DNA of 43,119 bases from Candidatus Thalassarchaeaceae archaeon (lineage in GTDB: Archaea > Thermoplasmatota > Poseidoniia > Poseidoniales > Thalassarchaeaceae), in assembly GCA_963694325.1 (NCBI GenBank), contig CAVOCV010000001.1, positions 1-43,119 of the forward strand. Reading direction: 5' to 3'. Under the pieces are notes generated by a model. It ran no database searches and was not told where the DNA came from. It saw only the letters and a list, made by a program, of their open reading frames with translations. Positions 17,501 to 25,962 of the stretch are shown piece by piece (position 1 is the first letter of the stretch; every line of letters starts with the position of its first letter). Made by a program: the position numbers and the translations under genes.

Positions 17501-19842
17501 ACGACCGCCCGGTCCTGCCCACCGATCTCACCCTGATGGTATGGCGTGAGTGGGCTGACGATATCGACGGCGATGGCGAAATCGATGAGGATGAATTCAC
17601 CGGCATGCTGCTGCAGCAACCCGGAAATCTCAGCCAAGCCCGTGGTAATTACACCCTCCTGCTCGATGATACCGCTGCAACCGAAGGCGATCTGGTCGCC
17701 GCATATGTGGTCGGTGCGGACCCCGCGGGCAATGTCATCATTGACTCGGGCACGAATACACTGGGTGACCAATTGTTCACCTATCAGGTGATGCCGGACG
17801 GACCTCCCTCTCTACCTGGGCAAGGTGGATTCGCCAGTTCACCGGATGGAAAGTTGGCCTACCTCCACCCCGGGGTGGATTATGAATTTGGACTCCACAT
17901 CATCGAACCCAACGGTTGGGCTGACATCGGCGATCTGCGCTTGCAGTTGGCCAGTAATTCTGTCTCAGACACCCTCGCAGTCGAGTGGTCCGCCTCGGAT
18001 GGACGCTGCGTCGTGCTCTCGCCTCACATGGAGGTTGAGCGCTGTGGTGTCCGGGCTTGGACAGGCGAATTGACGCCGTTCAACCCCGACCTCGAGTTCT
18101 TCGTCGAGTTCAGTCTCAACTGGACCCTGCCCCGCGGCGGGGACATCCGATGGGAGCCATCGATCGAAGTCACGGATCGCGGCGGACAAGGCGCGTGGCT
18201 CTCGTTACCGCAACTGCGCTGGCGATACTCGCCCGACCTCGCGATCGACACCGATGATATGACCCTCAGCCTGGCGTCGGGCACCTATTCCGAAGAGGGG
18301 GCATGGGTTGCCCCCGGCTCTTCGATCTCACTGAATGGAGCGCTACACTTCCCGGTCTCAGGCGTGCGACCGAGCGAGACATTCGATGTGCGCATCCTCC
18401 TCGATGGTCAGGAGACGATGGTCGTCAGTGAAGATGGCGCGTGGTCAGCCTCCTTCGATGCACCCGATTTCTCCGGTTCATTCCCGCTCACCGTGGAGAT
18501 TGCTGATTTGCCCAGCGGTGCCAATGACGTGACGGACACGACAGCTGCTCTGCGCTGGATTGTTGTCGACCCGGTCGGTCCTGAGGTCGTCGAGGCCGTC
18601 TCGCCTCGGCCCGGCTCCATTCTGCCAAAGGAATCACTCGGCGCACTGCAGATTCAAGTTCGTATCTCTGAACTCGAACAGATCGACGAAGAGAGTTTGG
18701 TCTTGCACTGGAAGATCATCCGAGGCAGCGACGTCCGCGCTATCCCACTGCTTCACGGCGAGTCCGCGCTGACCATCGAAGGTGGCAACCTCGCCGGTCA
18801 ATCGATTATCGCTGGCACAATCCTCGACCTCGCCAGCCAGATTCCCGAGGAATACTACAGCGATGACCTGCGATTCCACATCTGGGTCGAGGGCAACGAC
18901 ATGGCGGGCAACCCCATGGAGATGCCATCCGGCACCAATCAGGATGACAATCCATTCGCGTCTTGGGCGCTCGAGCGCCGAGCACCCGTGTTCACCTTGA
19001 GTGAAGACGATGTTCGCTACTCCCGCTCTGGAGATGTCGAGGCGGGCACGAATGTGATGATCACCGTCTCGGTGCGCAATGATGGAGAGGTCGACGGCGT
19101 CGTCCGCATGCGCCTGACCGAAGTTCACCTCGACGGCACAGAGCGCGAATTGACCGCCGTCGCCGTCCAAGAGACGATCCCCGCAGGCGGCCTCAAAGAA
19201 ATCCACGTCGACTGGGTCCCCGATACCGCAGGCCGCCAATGGATCCGCATCACCATCGAGGATGGCCCCACCGTCAACGGACCCACATTGCACGCGGTTG
19301 CAGGCGAGGATGACAGCCTCATCGGTTCGATCTTCGGCGGCGTTGACCTGACGTGGAGTGTCCTCTTCATCGGCCTGATCATCCTGCTCGCCAGCGTGCT
19401 CCTCATCGCCCTGCGCAGCGGCGGTACCCGCTCCTATTCCATCGAAGATACCGAGGATGACGGATACTGGGACGACGACGGTGAGGGTGAGGGTGATGAC
19501 GGATATCTTGAGGCCGGTGAAGAAGCACAACCGGAAGGATTCCCCTTGGATTATCGGGATGAGACTGTGCGCCACGTCATGACTCAGAATGGTATCTCCG
19601 ACACCATCGGCTTCCTACAGCACGCCCGCGGCTTCGACCGAGATGGCAACGGCTACCTCAACGAGGCTGAACTCAACATGGCCGCATCCTCCTTTGTGGC
19701 GGCGGGCAGCCTGGTCGAAGCACAGGTAGGCACCCCCGCACTCGACCCCTCAACCATGACCGGCGATCAGTTGGCGTGGTACGAGGAAGCGAAGAAGTGG
19801 GGCGGCTACTATGACGAGTCCGGCACTTGGATTCCCCTCTGA
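14515..19842 (+). CDS. Giant (about 1775 aa) membrane-anchored surface protein: signal/anchor, MAM-like jelly-roll, long beta-rich region, CARDB-like domain, TM helix, acidic cytoplasmic tail with EF-hand
   Basis: I take the ATG at 14515 (MGVERTPWFTSILLVGLLLGMSAG). The MAM-like segment WEWDFENANHGW...GWNVDDVSLEP is at about 14884..15363. The CARDB-like segment VMITVSVRNDGEVDG...WIRITIEDG is at about 18988..19266. The TM helix WSVLFIGLIILLASVLLIAL is at about 19351..19413. The EF-hand loop DRDGNGYLNEAE is at 19636..19671. Many N-x-S/T sequons. Confidence 0.85.
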   Translation: MGVERTPWFTSILLVGLLLGMSAGMMVQPPQDDLDDAVQPRRSGINEPTPMAITNADGTSSALKAEVPMGHTVEEINVSLSPDPLAFNDAFTWSDLGDWNASGAVLDRVNVNRTDGLQLLPRLWEWDFENANHGWSLGTGWLWGYDSCLGASGGVHGGAKAIYTYNCNYPNGVPSSGYFATSPVIDCGGCSGTWDLKYWKRLGIESYYYDDAQVHVKDSQGSWQTVWDWSSYSTNPTTWTQMNHDISTHVNGNSNLQIRFKLGRTDGSVTYTGWNVDDVSLEPQNGAGGGEQANWTSARFGPGVTGAYGTEGVRYGITSIDATIPSGSGLTMSVLDGVSKTAIPGFLNVEPTWVDLGSIDPEKHPSLRIKFNFDATGGATSPIVHEIHMNNRYGSTFNADPTTAGWTLAGMNWNGNAISGSGTLTSPVFTSHRALTQLSSSVGGSGTWVTDVSLDGGPWFSASNTGVTSFSAWGNSLQIRMSCAGSCTFNDAQFDLIGGHLPTHPRFDIGLDGWAEWQMVHPHISEWGWQSRFTNGQLSADMTWSAPGLKQVGMMLAKTGLDSFAVELAPFAATDPVDVSISVDGQVLFTKTVAFETDAETYALSAQEMIELNENLSNALTFWAAPGNIQYAIATVDVQGSYGSIRVGGLSALYRPTANLSFPVDSTFVMSMNQALPDAQIESQARLVPLTLKSSSAGGALGVITNLISAENVLLDGAALANFSSWEPVTPSWQWMEMELNYSWDVGVPSYLSMMVETNMLAAYYELPVDGSAPVLILLEGTNVSDPIRFGSIVFDSHEDGLNASVQFQTEASLDDSAKFKVSASLYMTDGSPSPPYTERSGQMSQGVENDVEVIAWDVYNELGLAIPPAMSYLRSNSPISIQTHIGFENLLGTPSKNPRTGDVRVHLLENGVAKMNTTNILEGHVVFGFTTPVGTGNVTYSLDIEPLAGQTFVAGIPLNRTFTVDSLNPQVVDQNIDRFDHRTPSPNQLIQIEVHDRPVLPTDLTLMVWREWADDIDGDGEIDEDEFTGMLLQQPGNLSQARGNYTLLLDDTAATEGDLVAAYVVGADPAGNVIIDSGTNTLGDQLFTYQVMPDGPPSLPGQGGFASSPDGKLAYLHPGVDYEFGLHIIEPNGWADIGDLRLQLASNSVSDTLAVEWSASDGRCVVLSPHMEVERCGVRAWTGELTPFNPDLEFFVEFSLNWTLPRGGDIRWEPSIEVTDRGGQGAWLSLPQLRWRYSPDLAIDTDDMTLSLASGTYSEEGAWVAPGSSISLNGALHFPVSGVRPSETFDVRILLDGQETMVVSEDGAWSASFDAPDFSGSFPLTVEIADLPSGANDVTDTTAALRWIVVDPVGPEVVEAVSPRPGSILPKESLGALQIQVRISELEQIDEESLVLHWKIIRGSDVRAIPLLHGESALTIEGGNLAGQSIIAGTILDLASQIPEEYYSDDLRFHIWVEGNDMAGNPMEMPSGTNQDDNPFASWALERRAPVFTLSEDDVRYSRSGDVEAGTNVMITVSVRNDGEVDGVVRMRLTEVHLDGTERELTAVAVQETIPAGGLKEIHVDWVPDTAGRQWIRITIEDGPTVNGPTLHAVAGEDDSLIGSIFGGVDLTWSVLFIGLIILLASVLLIALRSGGTRSYSIEDTEDDGYWDDDGEGEGDDGYLEAGEEAQPEGFPLDYRDETVRHVMTQNGISDTIGFLQHARGFDRDGNGYLNEAELNMAASSFVAAGSLVEAQVGTPALDPSTMTGDQLAWYEEAKKWGGYYDESGTWIPL

Positions 19843-19885
19843 GCCACAACACAGGGTTGAAAGCGAGGCGGCGTTCAGGTCCCGA

Positions 19886-20184
19886 TGGGATCAGGAGGAC
19901 CACTGACAGTGTACGACACTGAGGAAAGTCCCCTCTGCACAGGTGCAGGTGGTCCGTCGCAAGACGGGTGTCCGGGAGGGCAGGCGCTGTAGAAGAAACG
20001 AATCGGCCCGGGAGCACGATGAATCCGCAAGGAGGAGATTCCCCGACGTCGACTGAGACGAACATCCCCACCGCAGCAAGTCCAAACAGTTCTGTTGACG
20101 GCATCGAGAGGAACGGGTAGGACGCATAGTTGAATGTGGTTAACCGGCAACGGCGAACAGAAAGGGGCTTACTCCCTGATCCCA
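19886..20184 (+). ncRNA. rnpB: RNase P RNA (archaeal type A-like)
   Basis: The universal CR-I motif GAGGAAAGTCC is at 19921..19931. The CR-V-like ACAGAAAGGGGCTTAC is at 20156..20171, with AAGTCC/GGGCTT forming P4. P1 pairs TGGGATCAGG (19886..19895) with CCTGATCCCA (20175..20184). There is a P3-like hairpin CAGTG-TACGA-CACTG and GNRA-capped hairpins (CCGTC-GCAA-GACGG, TCC-GCAA-GGA). It lies in the 392-nt gap between convergent genes. Confidence 0.85.
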
Positions 20185-20234
20185 CTTCAATTCACAAGAA
20201 ACAAAGCGATGTACTTCGAGTAAGTAAATAATGA

Positions 20235-22808
20235 CTAAAGAATATCATCCATCTTGGGCAGGTCATCGTCGACCGGTTCTACCGATGGCGGGGCATCGGC
20301 GAAGAGGTCGCGCTCGAAGGCGGACATGGCCATCTGTTCGGGGTCGTTGGCCTTCGCGCGCCCGCGCGCAGACAAGATGGCGGCCACGACACCGACGTTG
20401 AGCAGGAGGAGCATGGCGATCATCGCGATGCTGCTGGCATCGATCTCGATGCCACCCGAATCCTTGGACTCTGGCGTACCACCGGTGGTCGAGGGGTCAT
20501 TCCCCTCTGGATCATCATCGTCATCAACACTCACCGTCGGCGGGAAGGCGACGTAGAGATGGTCCTCGGCCCAGATGCCATCGACGCTGACCCGGGTGGT
20601 GAAGGTGACGGGGGAGTCTCCCCATATTTCGAAATATTGCGTACCATTGGAAAGGTTCTGCATCGGCAGGAAAAGTGTGTGGCCCTCGTTCTCCAAGACC
20701 ATTGCACAGCCACTCTCACAGGTGATCGTCACGGAGATGTTCGCCGTTCGTGTCTCGGTATCTGGCACTTCCACCAGTTCGAGTTCGACGGTTAGGATTG
20801 GACAACCGCTGATCGACCCTGCAACCTCGGGACAATTATCGTCGGCATCTTTGGGCCCGTCGCCATCGGTATCTCGCTGGGTGATGGCGCAGCCATTCTC
20901 GTCGACCGCATCGAGCCAGGTGGTGAATGGGCAGGTATCGAGGTCGTCGGTGACGCCGTCCTCATCGCTATCTCGCTGATAGGGTGCACATCCATTGGCG
21001 CTGATATCGTCTGAGCCCAAGTCGGTTTGGGGGCAATCGTCCTCTGCGTCGGAGATGCCATCCTGATCCGCATCCAATTGGCTCTCGCCACAACCGATGT
21101 GGTTGACGGGTTCGCCACGCGGCGTGCCCGGACATGAATCTCGGGCATCATCGACGCCGTCGAGGTCGGTATCCCGTTGGGTTGCCGCGCATCCGTTCTC
21201 GTCGACCTCGGCCGCCGCAGGCGTGTTGGGACAAGCATCCTCGGCGTCGACGATGCCATCGCCATCGCCATCACGCTGCCAAGCCGAGCAACCGGCATTG
21301 TCGACGCTGATGCCCGATGGTGTCTCAGGACATTGATCCAAATCATTGGTGATGCCGTCTTCATCTGCATCGAGTTGATTCTCAGCACAGCCCTCGCCAT
21401 TGACGACCTCGCCGACCGACGTGCCCGGACAGAGATCGAAGGCATCCGGCACGCCGTCACCATCCTCGTCGGGCGGCGGCAGGTCACACCCATTCGCAGC
21501 GATCTCAACCCCTGGAAGGGTATCTGGGCAATCATCCAACACATCTGCGAGTCCATCTCCATCGATGTCCTCCACACCCATCAATTGTCGCATGTAGAGG
21601 TCGACCAGGTCGTGCATCGTCAGCGTAGGGTGCATCTTGTCGAAGTAGATGTATTCCTCCGCATTTGGTGCAATGGAGTCTCCATTATCACAGGTGTATC
21701 CGTCGTGGTCACAGGCGGGGTGGGTGATGTTGGTCAACCCGAAGTAATCTGGATTGTTGTACACGACATCGAACATTTCCCAGACCATGCCTCGATGTAT
21801 CGTCAGCGAGGTGGTGCTGATTGTGTCATTGAGCATTGAGTGTAGTTTGAAATTGAAATCGAGAATCCTCTCGTGCATCGCACGTACTCCAGCCGCATCT
21901 TTTTCCTCGTTGACACGGGGCACCGTATCGAGTGGTGGCAATTCGAGAATCAAGAATTCCGTCGCACCCGCACCGGTGAGTTGCGTGATGTGTCCTTCGA
22001 TATTGTCGACAACCTGCTGGGTATCGCCATCGTCGCTGTGAACAAAGTCATTGCCGCCGGCCCAGATGATGACCAATTCATTGGGGTTGATCTGGTGGTT
22101 CTGAAGGTAGTCGTCGACCTGTTTGCCGACGTTTGGGATGACCAAGAGATAGAGACCATCCCCTGAATGGGCGCCGCCGTATGCGCGATTATTGCCGCTG
22201 CCCGTGCCCCGGCCCGGATTCATTGACGTGCCCATGAAGCTGCCAAATTGTTCTGCCCACACCTCGCCATTTGAGAATCGGCCATTCCAATAGGGTGGGC
22301 TGTCAGGTGTGCTCCACTGATTGTATGAATTCCCCATGTCTGACAGTGAATCGCCAAAGATGACGATGTCGGCATAGGACACTGGAAGTGTATTCGTGAA
22401 TGAACTGAAGTTCGCCTGTGCCGTCGCAGCGATGCCTTGGTAATCGGAGAGATTGACGATCAGTCGCTTGAGGAATACATTTCCTGATGCGAGATGATTG
22501 GCTTGAATCTGAATCTCCACCGCGGTATTGCTCGCAGTGAAATTCTGCTGGCCGCTCTGGACGAGGCGATCTTCTCCAGTGCTGCCATTCCCGGTACGAA
22601 TCTGCCAGTCCAGGGTGTAGAGTCGACCCGAGGACAAGCCCCAGGTACCGACGGTCGCTTCGAATGTCTCGGACGAGCTCCAGGCCTCTTTGGAGATGAT
22701 GATTGCCATGCCTTCTGAACCGCGGGCCTCAGCATCGACCGGCTGTACACCCGTCCACGACATCAGCAATAATGACGCGACGAGGAAGAGGGTACCTCGC
22801 TGCTGCAT
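20235..22808 (-). CDS. Secreted, C-terminally anchored SGNH/GDSL hydrolase fused to eight thrombospondin type-3 Ca-binding repeats
   Basis: Signal peptide MQQRGTLFLVASLLLMSWTGVQPVDA. SGNH blocks are IVIFGDSLSDMGN, WAGGNDF and FDKMHPT. The repeats follow DxDxDGxxDxxDxCPxT...GC. C-terminal TM IAMIAMLLLLNVGVVAAIL is followed by an acidic 50-aa tail. Confidence 0.85.
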   Translation of the reverse strand: MQQRGTLFLVASLLLMSWTGVQPVDAEARGSEGMAIIISKEAWSSSETFEATVGTWGLSSGRLYTLDWQIRTGNGSTGEDRLVQSGQQNFTASNTAVEIQIQANHLASGNVFLKRLIVNLSDYQGIAATAQANFSSFTNTLPVSYADIVIFGDSLSDMGNSYNQWSTPDSPPYWNGRFSNGEVWAEQFGSFMGTSMNPGRGTGSGNNRAYGGAHSGDGLYLLVIPNVGKQVDDYLQNHQINPNELVIIWAGGNDFVHSDDGDTQQVVDNIEGHITQLTGAGATEFLILELPPLDTVPRVNEEKDAAGVRAMHERILDFNFKLHSMLNDTISTTSLTIHRGMVWEMFDVVYNNPDYFGLTNITHPACDHDGYTCDNGDSIAPNAEEYIYFDKMHPTLTMHDLVDLYMRQLMGVEDIDGDGLADVLDDCPDTLPGVEIAANGCDLPPPDEDGDGVPDAFDLCPGTSVGEVVNGEGCAENQLDADEDGITNDLDQCPETPSGISVDNAGCSAWQRDGDGDGIVDAEDACPNTPAAAEVDENGCAATQRDTDLDGVDDARDSCPGTPRGEPVNHIGCGESQLDADQDGISDAEDDCPQTDLGSDDISANGCAPYQRDSDEDGVTDDLDTCPFTTWLDAVDENGCAITQRDTDGDGPKDADDNCPEVAGSISGCPILTVELELVEVPDTETRTANISVTITCESGCAMVLENEGHTLFLPMQNLSNGTQYFEIWGDSPVTFTTRVSVDGIWAEDHLYVAFPPTVSVDDDDDPEGNDPSTTGGTPESKDSGGIEIDASSIAMIAMLLLLNVGVVAAILSARGRAKANDPEQMAMSAFERDLFADAPPSVEPVDDDLPKMDDIL
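20799..21572 (-). repeat. Eight tandem about 100-bp coding repeats (thrombospondin type-3 units) inside the SGNH gene
   Basis: Protein residues about 413-670 hold eight copies of D-x-D-x-DG-x2-D-x2-D-x-CP-x-T...(N/I)GC, each with two Cys. The repeats leave alternative frames open, hence the spurious track ORFs there. Confidence 0.8.
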
Positions 22809-22810
22809 GC

Positions 22811-22827
22811 CACTGCCTACGGCAGTG
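22811..22827 (-). promoter_or_regulatory. Intercistronic hairpin (7-bp perfect stem, GUA loop on the coding strand) between the RND exporter and SGNH genes
   Basis: The plus strand reads CACTGCC-TAC-GGCAGTG, so the minus strand reads CACTGCC-GTA-GGCAGTG. It ends 3 nt upstream of the SGNH ATG (22808). Confidence 0.5.
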
Positions 22828-22869
22828 TGGGAATTGAACCTGTTGCTCAGCTGGCGGTGGAGGCCCGCT

Positions 22870-25800
22870 TTACTCGAGCACAGCGTCCATCGTGTCGGAG
22901 ACGGCCATGACGAGATCGGTGTCGAGATCCTGATACTCTCCCCTTCCTGTGATGCGATAGAGCATGGTATGCCAGCCCACCAACATGGCGGGCAACAGGA
23001 TCGCGCTGGTCAACAGGGCGAGTGTGATGAGGAGCATCATCAGCACGAAGAAATTGCGCAGGCCGGGGATGTCGACCAACAAGCCCGCTGCGAGGCCAGC
23101 ACAGGTCGTCGCCGTGGTCTCGAAGATGGTCTGTCCGGTGCGGGAAATCGTCTTGACGATGCCCGCTGGGGTCTCTTTCTCCTCTCTGATTCGGTCAATG
23201 ATGTGAATCGAATCATCGACGCCGATGCCGAATACGATTGTCGAAACCATCGCTGTGAATACGTTGACGTTGACATTGCCACCGCGCATCAGCAAGGGCT
23301 GCCACAAGACGACCACGCCGACGGCGACCATGGTGAAGAAGGCGAGACGTGGCGAGCGGAATAGAATCGACATGACGATCAGGAGGACGAACATCGTCAT
23401 GATGGTCGCATCGGCTTGGGCAGCGTGGATGCCGACGTTGATGTCGAGTGACAGCGGCAGGCCGCCGGTCAATTCGCTGACCTCGACGTCTTCAAGGCCG
23501 GGAAATCCTTGACCGAGAATGCTGTCGATTTCATCGCGCAGGACGCCAGCATCGGCCAGATTGATGTAGGGCTGATTGACGTAGACAAGGGTCCGAGTCT
23601 CACCGCCAAGGGCCTCGACCGCCTCGTTCATCAGCATCGACCGAATCTCCACCGAGAGGGTGTCAAATGCCACATCGACCATTTTGTCCTGAGAGGAAAT
23701 AATCGGCAGAATGAATTCACCGCTGATACCACATTCCACGGTCGCAGGGTCGGCCCAGCAATCCGAGTGGAGGATGTCCCACAAGCTCTGGTCATACAGT
23801 TGAACACCGCTAGCATTGAGGTCGACGTGGATCGCTTTGAGAATCGTCACCAAACTCACGGTCGTCGTCTCTGGGACATTGCTGACCTCAGTTTCCATCA
23901 CATCGATGGCATCGAGAATGTCGAGATCCCGAATGGGTGCGTCATTCGAACCATCCGTGTAATCGGTTGCATCGACGATGAACATGTTGGTCTGACCGCC
24001 ATCGAATACCCGGCTGTATTCGGACAAGGTCTCGTAGGTCTCCAATCCCGGTGGTACCTCGTCGGATGAACCGGTGATCTCCTTGCCCATCTCCGCCGTG
24101 ATCATCGAAAGGCCGACCGCGCTGACCAGGAGGGCGACGATGATGACAGCCCACCACGCCTGAACGGGGATGTGACCGATGCGCTGCCAGGCGCGGTCGG
24201 CTGTGGCCAATCCACGTTTTCGATACCGCAAGACCCAACCGAGAGCGGGGACCATGATCATCGAGAAGAAGAAGGTGCAGGCGATGCCGAGCACCAGGGT
24301 GAGGCCGACGGTTCGCATCGGTTTGATCGGAACGATTTCTGGCCACGCGAGGACGCTGAATCCGATGATTGTGGTCAGTGCGGAGAGGAAGATCGCATTG
24401 CCTGTTGTCATCACCGCATCCACGGTTGCACCGAGGTAAATCGCGGGGTCCCACGGGTCGATTTCGTCGATGGTCTCGCCCTCTCGCTCCGCAGCCCATG
24501 CCTCTTCAGCGGCCCGTTCAAGTCGTTCGTTCCGACCCTCTTCGATGCGATTGATGAGATGCAGGGAATAGTCGACACCGAGGCCGATGAGAATCGGTCC
24601 AGCAGCGATGATCATCGGTGTCAATTCGATGTCGGCCATGACGGTGATACCGAATGTTGTGGCGAGACTCATGACGATTGGCAGTCCACAGATGAGCAAG
24701 ACCTTCGGATTGCGGTGCAGAACCCACATCGTGATGGCGACAAAGGCCAGAGAGATGGGCAACATGCGTTCGAGTTCAGAATAGACCGCATCCGAGACAT
24801 CGTGTAAGACAGGGGTCAATCCGGTGACGGTGATGGCGCGGCGGTTGCCACCATTGGACTCGGGGACTCTCCATTCCGTCTTGCCGGTCTCATCGTCCTC
24901 GTAGAGCATCGGTGAGAGCCTCTCGCCATACTGGCGACGGCAGAGTTCGCAGGAGGATGCATCCGATTTTTCATAGATTAATTCATGCGCATAGGCGATG
25001 AAGGCCTTGTGATCTCGAACCGTGTCCCCGGCGTCCCCCTTCGGGTCGACCCTCGCATCGATCTGGGTGTCCTCCATCTCGAAGCGGATGCCCATGACGA
25101 CAACCGCCGTGTCCCAGACTCCGTCGCCATTGGTGTCGCGGACGAAATTCGTCATCAGATCGCCAGCGTTCTCGACCAGTCGATCGACCGTATCTTGCTG
25201 GTCGGGGATGCTGTATCCTTCGTTGGTATTGGTGCTGGAGGCAGGACAGTTTTGCAGTGATACGCCCTGAATGCCGTGATCCTCCATGGAGCAGGCGAAG
25301 CGTGCACGGCTGCTGTTCGCCTCCTTGATGATCTGTGATGGTGAGAGGATCCAGACGACGCCATCCTCACGGCCTCGGTCCTCTTTGTTCCAATCCAGGC
25401 CACGTTGGTAATTCCCTTGGAGCGATTCATCATCGCCTTCAAGATATGATAATTGAGTGAGAATGGCTACGTCTGTGACGTTTTCCGAGCCTCGTTCATT
25501 CGGATTTTCGATGGCGTTATCCGTATGGATGTAGAGCATGACGATGTCCGTTGACCAACCCTCTCGGACCTCGAGAAGGAGTTCCTTGGACTCGGCTCCA
25601 TCGGGCAGGTAGACCTCGACATCGCCGTTGATCTGATGCTGGAAGTCCATCGCATACTGGCCGATGAATCCCGTCGCGAGCAGGAGAATGATGATGACCG
25701 CCCCGGGGGAGCGTTGGATGGCCCCGTAGAATCCTCGGATGGGAACCTCGGCCGCATCGTGGACCCTCTCACCGATGCCATCCATCTTGTCGGATACATT

Positions 25801-25959
25801 GGCCCACATGTCCTTGGCGCCGCCGATGGTCGGCCCGGAGAGCATCGTCCGAACCGGGCCGAGAACGCGGTCGACCAGCGTCGACCGGTCTGAGGGAGGC
25901 GCCGATTCATCCGCCATTCGGGTCGGTCGAATCGCCGACCGATATTGAAGGCGCCGCAT
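22870..25959 (-). CDS. RND-superfamily exporter, MMPL/COG1033-like (12 TM, two large extracytoplasmic domains)
   Basis: 1029 aa. It is an internal duplication, with GLGVDYSLHLINRIEE in the first TM bundle and GIGVDDSIHIIDRIREE in the second. Long soluble loops follow TM1 and TM7. Confidence 0.85.
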   Translation of the reverse strand: MRRLQYRSAIRPTRMADESAPPSDRSTLVDRVLGPVRTMLSGPTIGGAKDMWANVSDKMDGIGERVHDAAEVPIRGFYGAIQRSPGAVIIILLLATGFIGQYAMDFQHQINGDVEVYLPDGAESKELLLEVREGWSTDIVMLYIHTDNAIENPNERGSENVTDVAILTQLSYLEGDDESLQGNYQRGLDWNKEDRGREDGVVWILSPSQIIKEANSSRARFACSMEDHGIQGVSLQNCPASSTNTNEGYSIPDQQDTVDRLVENAGDLMTNFVRDTNGDGVWDTAVVVMGIRFEMEDTQIDARVDPKGDAGDTVRDHKAFIAYAHELIYEKSDASSCELCRRQYGERLSPMLYEDDETGKTEWRVPESNGGNRRAITVTGLTPVLHDVSDAVYSELERMLPISLAFVAITMWVLHRNPKVLLICGLPIVMSLATTFGITVMADIELTPMIIAAGPILIGLGVDYSLHLINRIEEGRNERLERAAEEAWAAEREGETIDEIDPWDPAIYLGATVDAVMTTGNAIFLSALTTIIGFSVLAWPEIVPIKPMRTVGLTLVLGIACTFFFSMIMVPALGWVLRYRKRGLATADRAWQRIGHIPVQAWWAVIIVALLVSAVGLSMITAEMGKEITGSSDEVPPGLETYETLSEYSRVFDGGQTNMFIVDATDYTDGSNDAPIRDLDILDAIDVMETEVSNVPETTTVSLVTILKAIHVDLNASGVQLYDQSLWDILHSDCWADPATVECGISGEFILPIISSQDKMVDVAFDTLSVEIRSMLMNEAVEALGGETRTLVYVNQPYINLADAGVLRDEIDSILGQGFPGLEDVEVSELTGGLPLSLDINVGIHAAQADATIMTMFVLLIVMSILFRSPRLAFFTMVAVGVVVLWQPLLMRGGNVNVNVFTAMVSTIVFGIGVDDSIHIIDRIREEKETPAGIVKTISRTGQTIFETTATTCAGLAAGLLVDIPGLRNFFVLMMLLITLALLTSAILLPAMLVGWHTMLYRITGRGEYQDLDTDLVMAVSDTMDAVLE

Positions 25960-25962
25960 GAT

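Noticed and set aside
19673-20185. 170-, 91- and 78-aa minus-strand ORFs in the gap between the giant gene and the SGNH gene
   Set aside because: The interval carries RNase P RNA hallmarks on the plus strand. The ORF products are Arg/Pro/Ser/Cys-rich with no motifs.
20792-21577. 261-aa same-strand alternative-frame ORF, plus several plus-strand ORFs, inside the TSP3 repeat region
   Set aside because: The repetitive Asp/Gly/Cys-coding DNA keeps other frames open. The annotated frame gives a coherent repeat family with conserved Cys and Asp positions, and the alternative frames give Met/Arg/Ser/Thr-rich junk.
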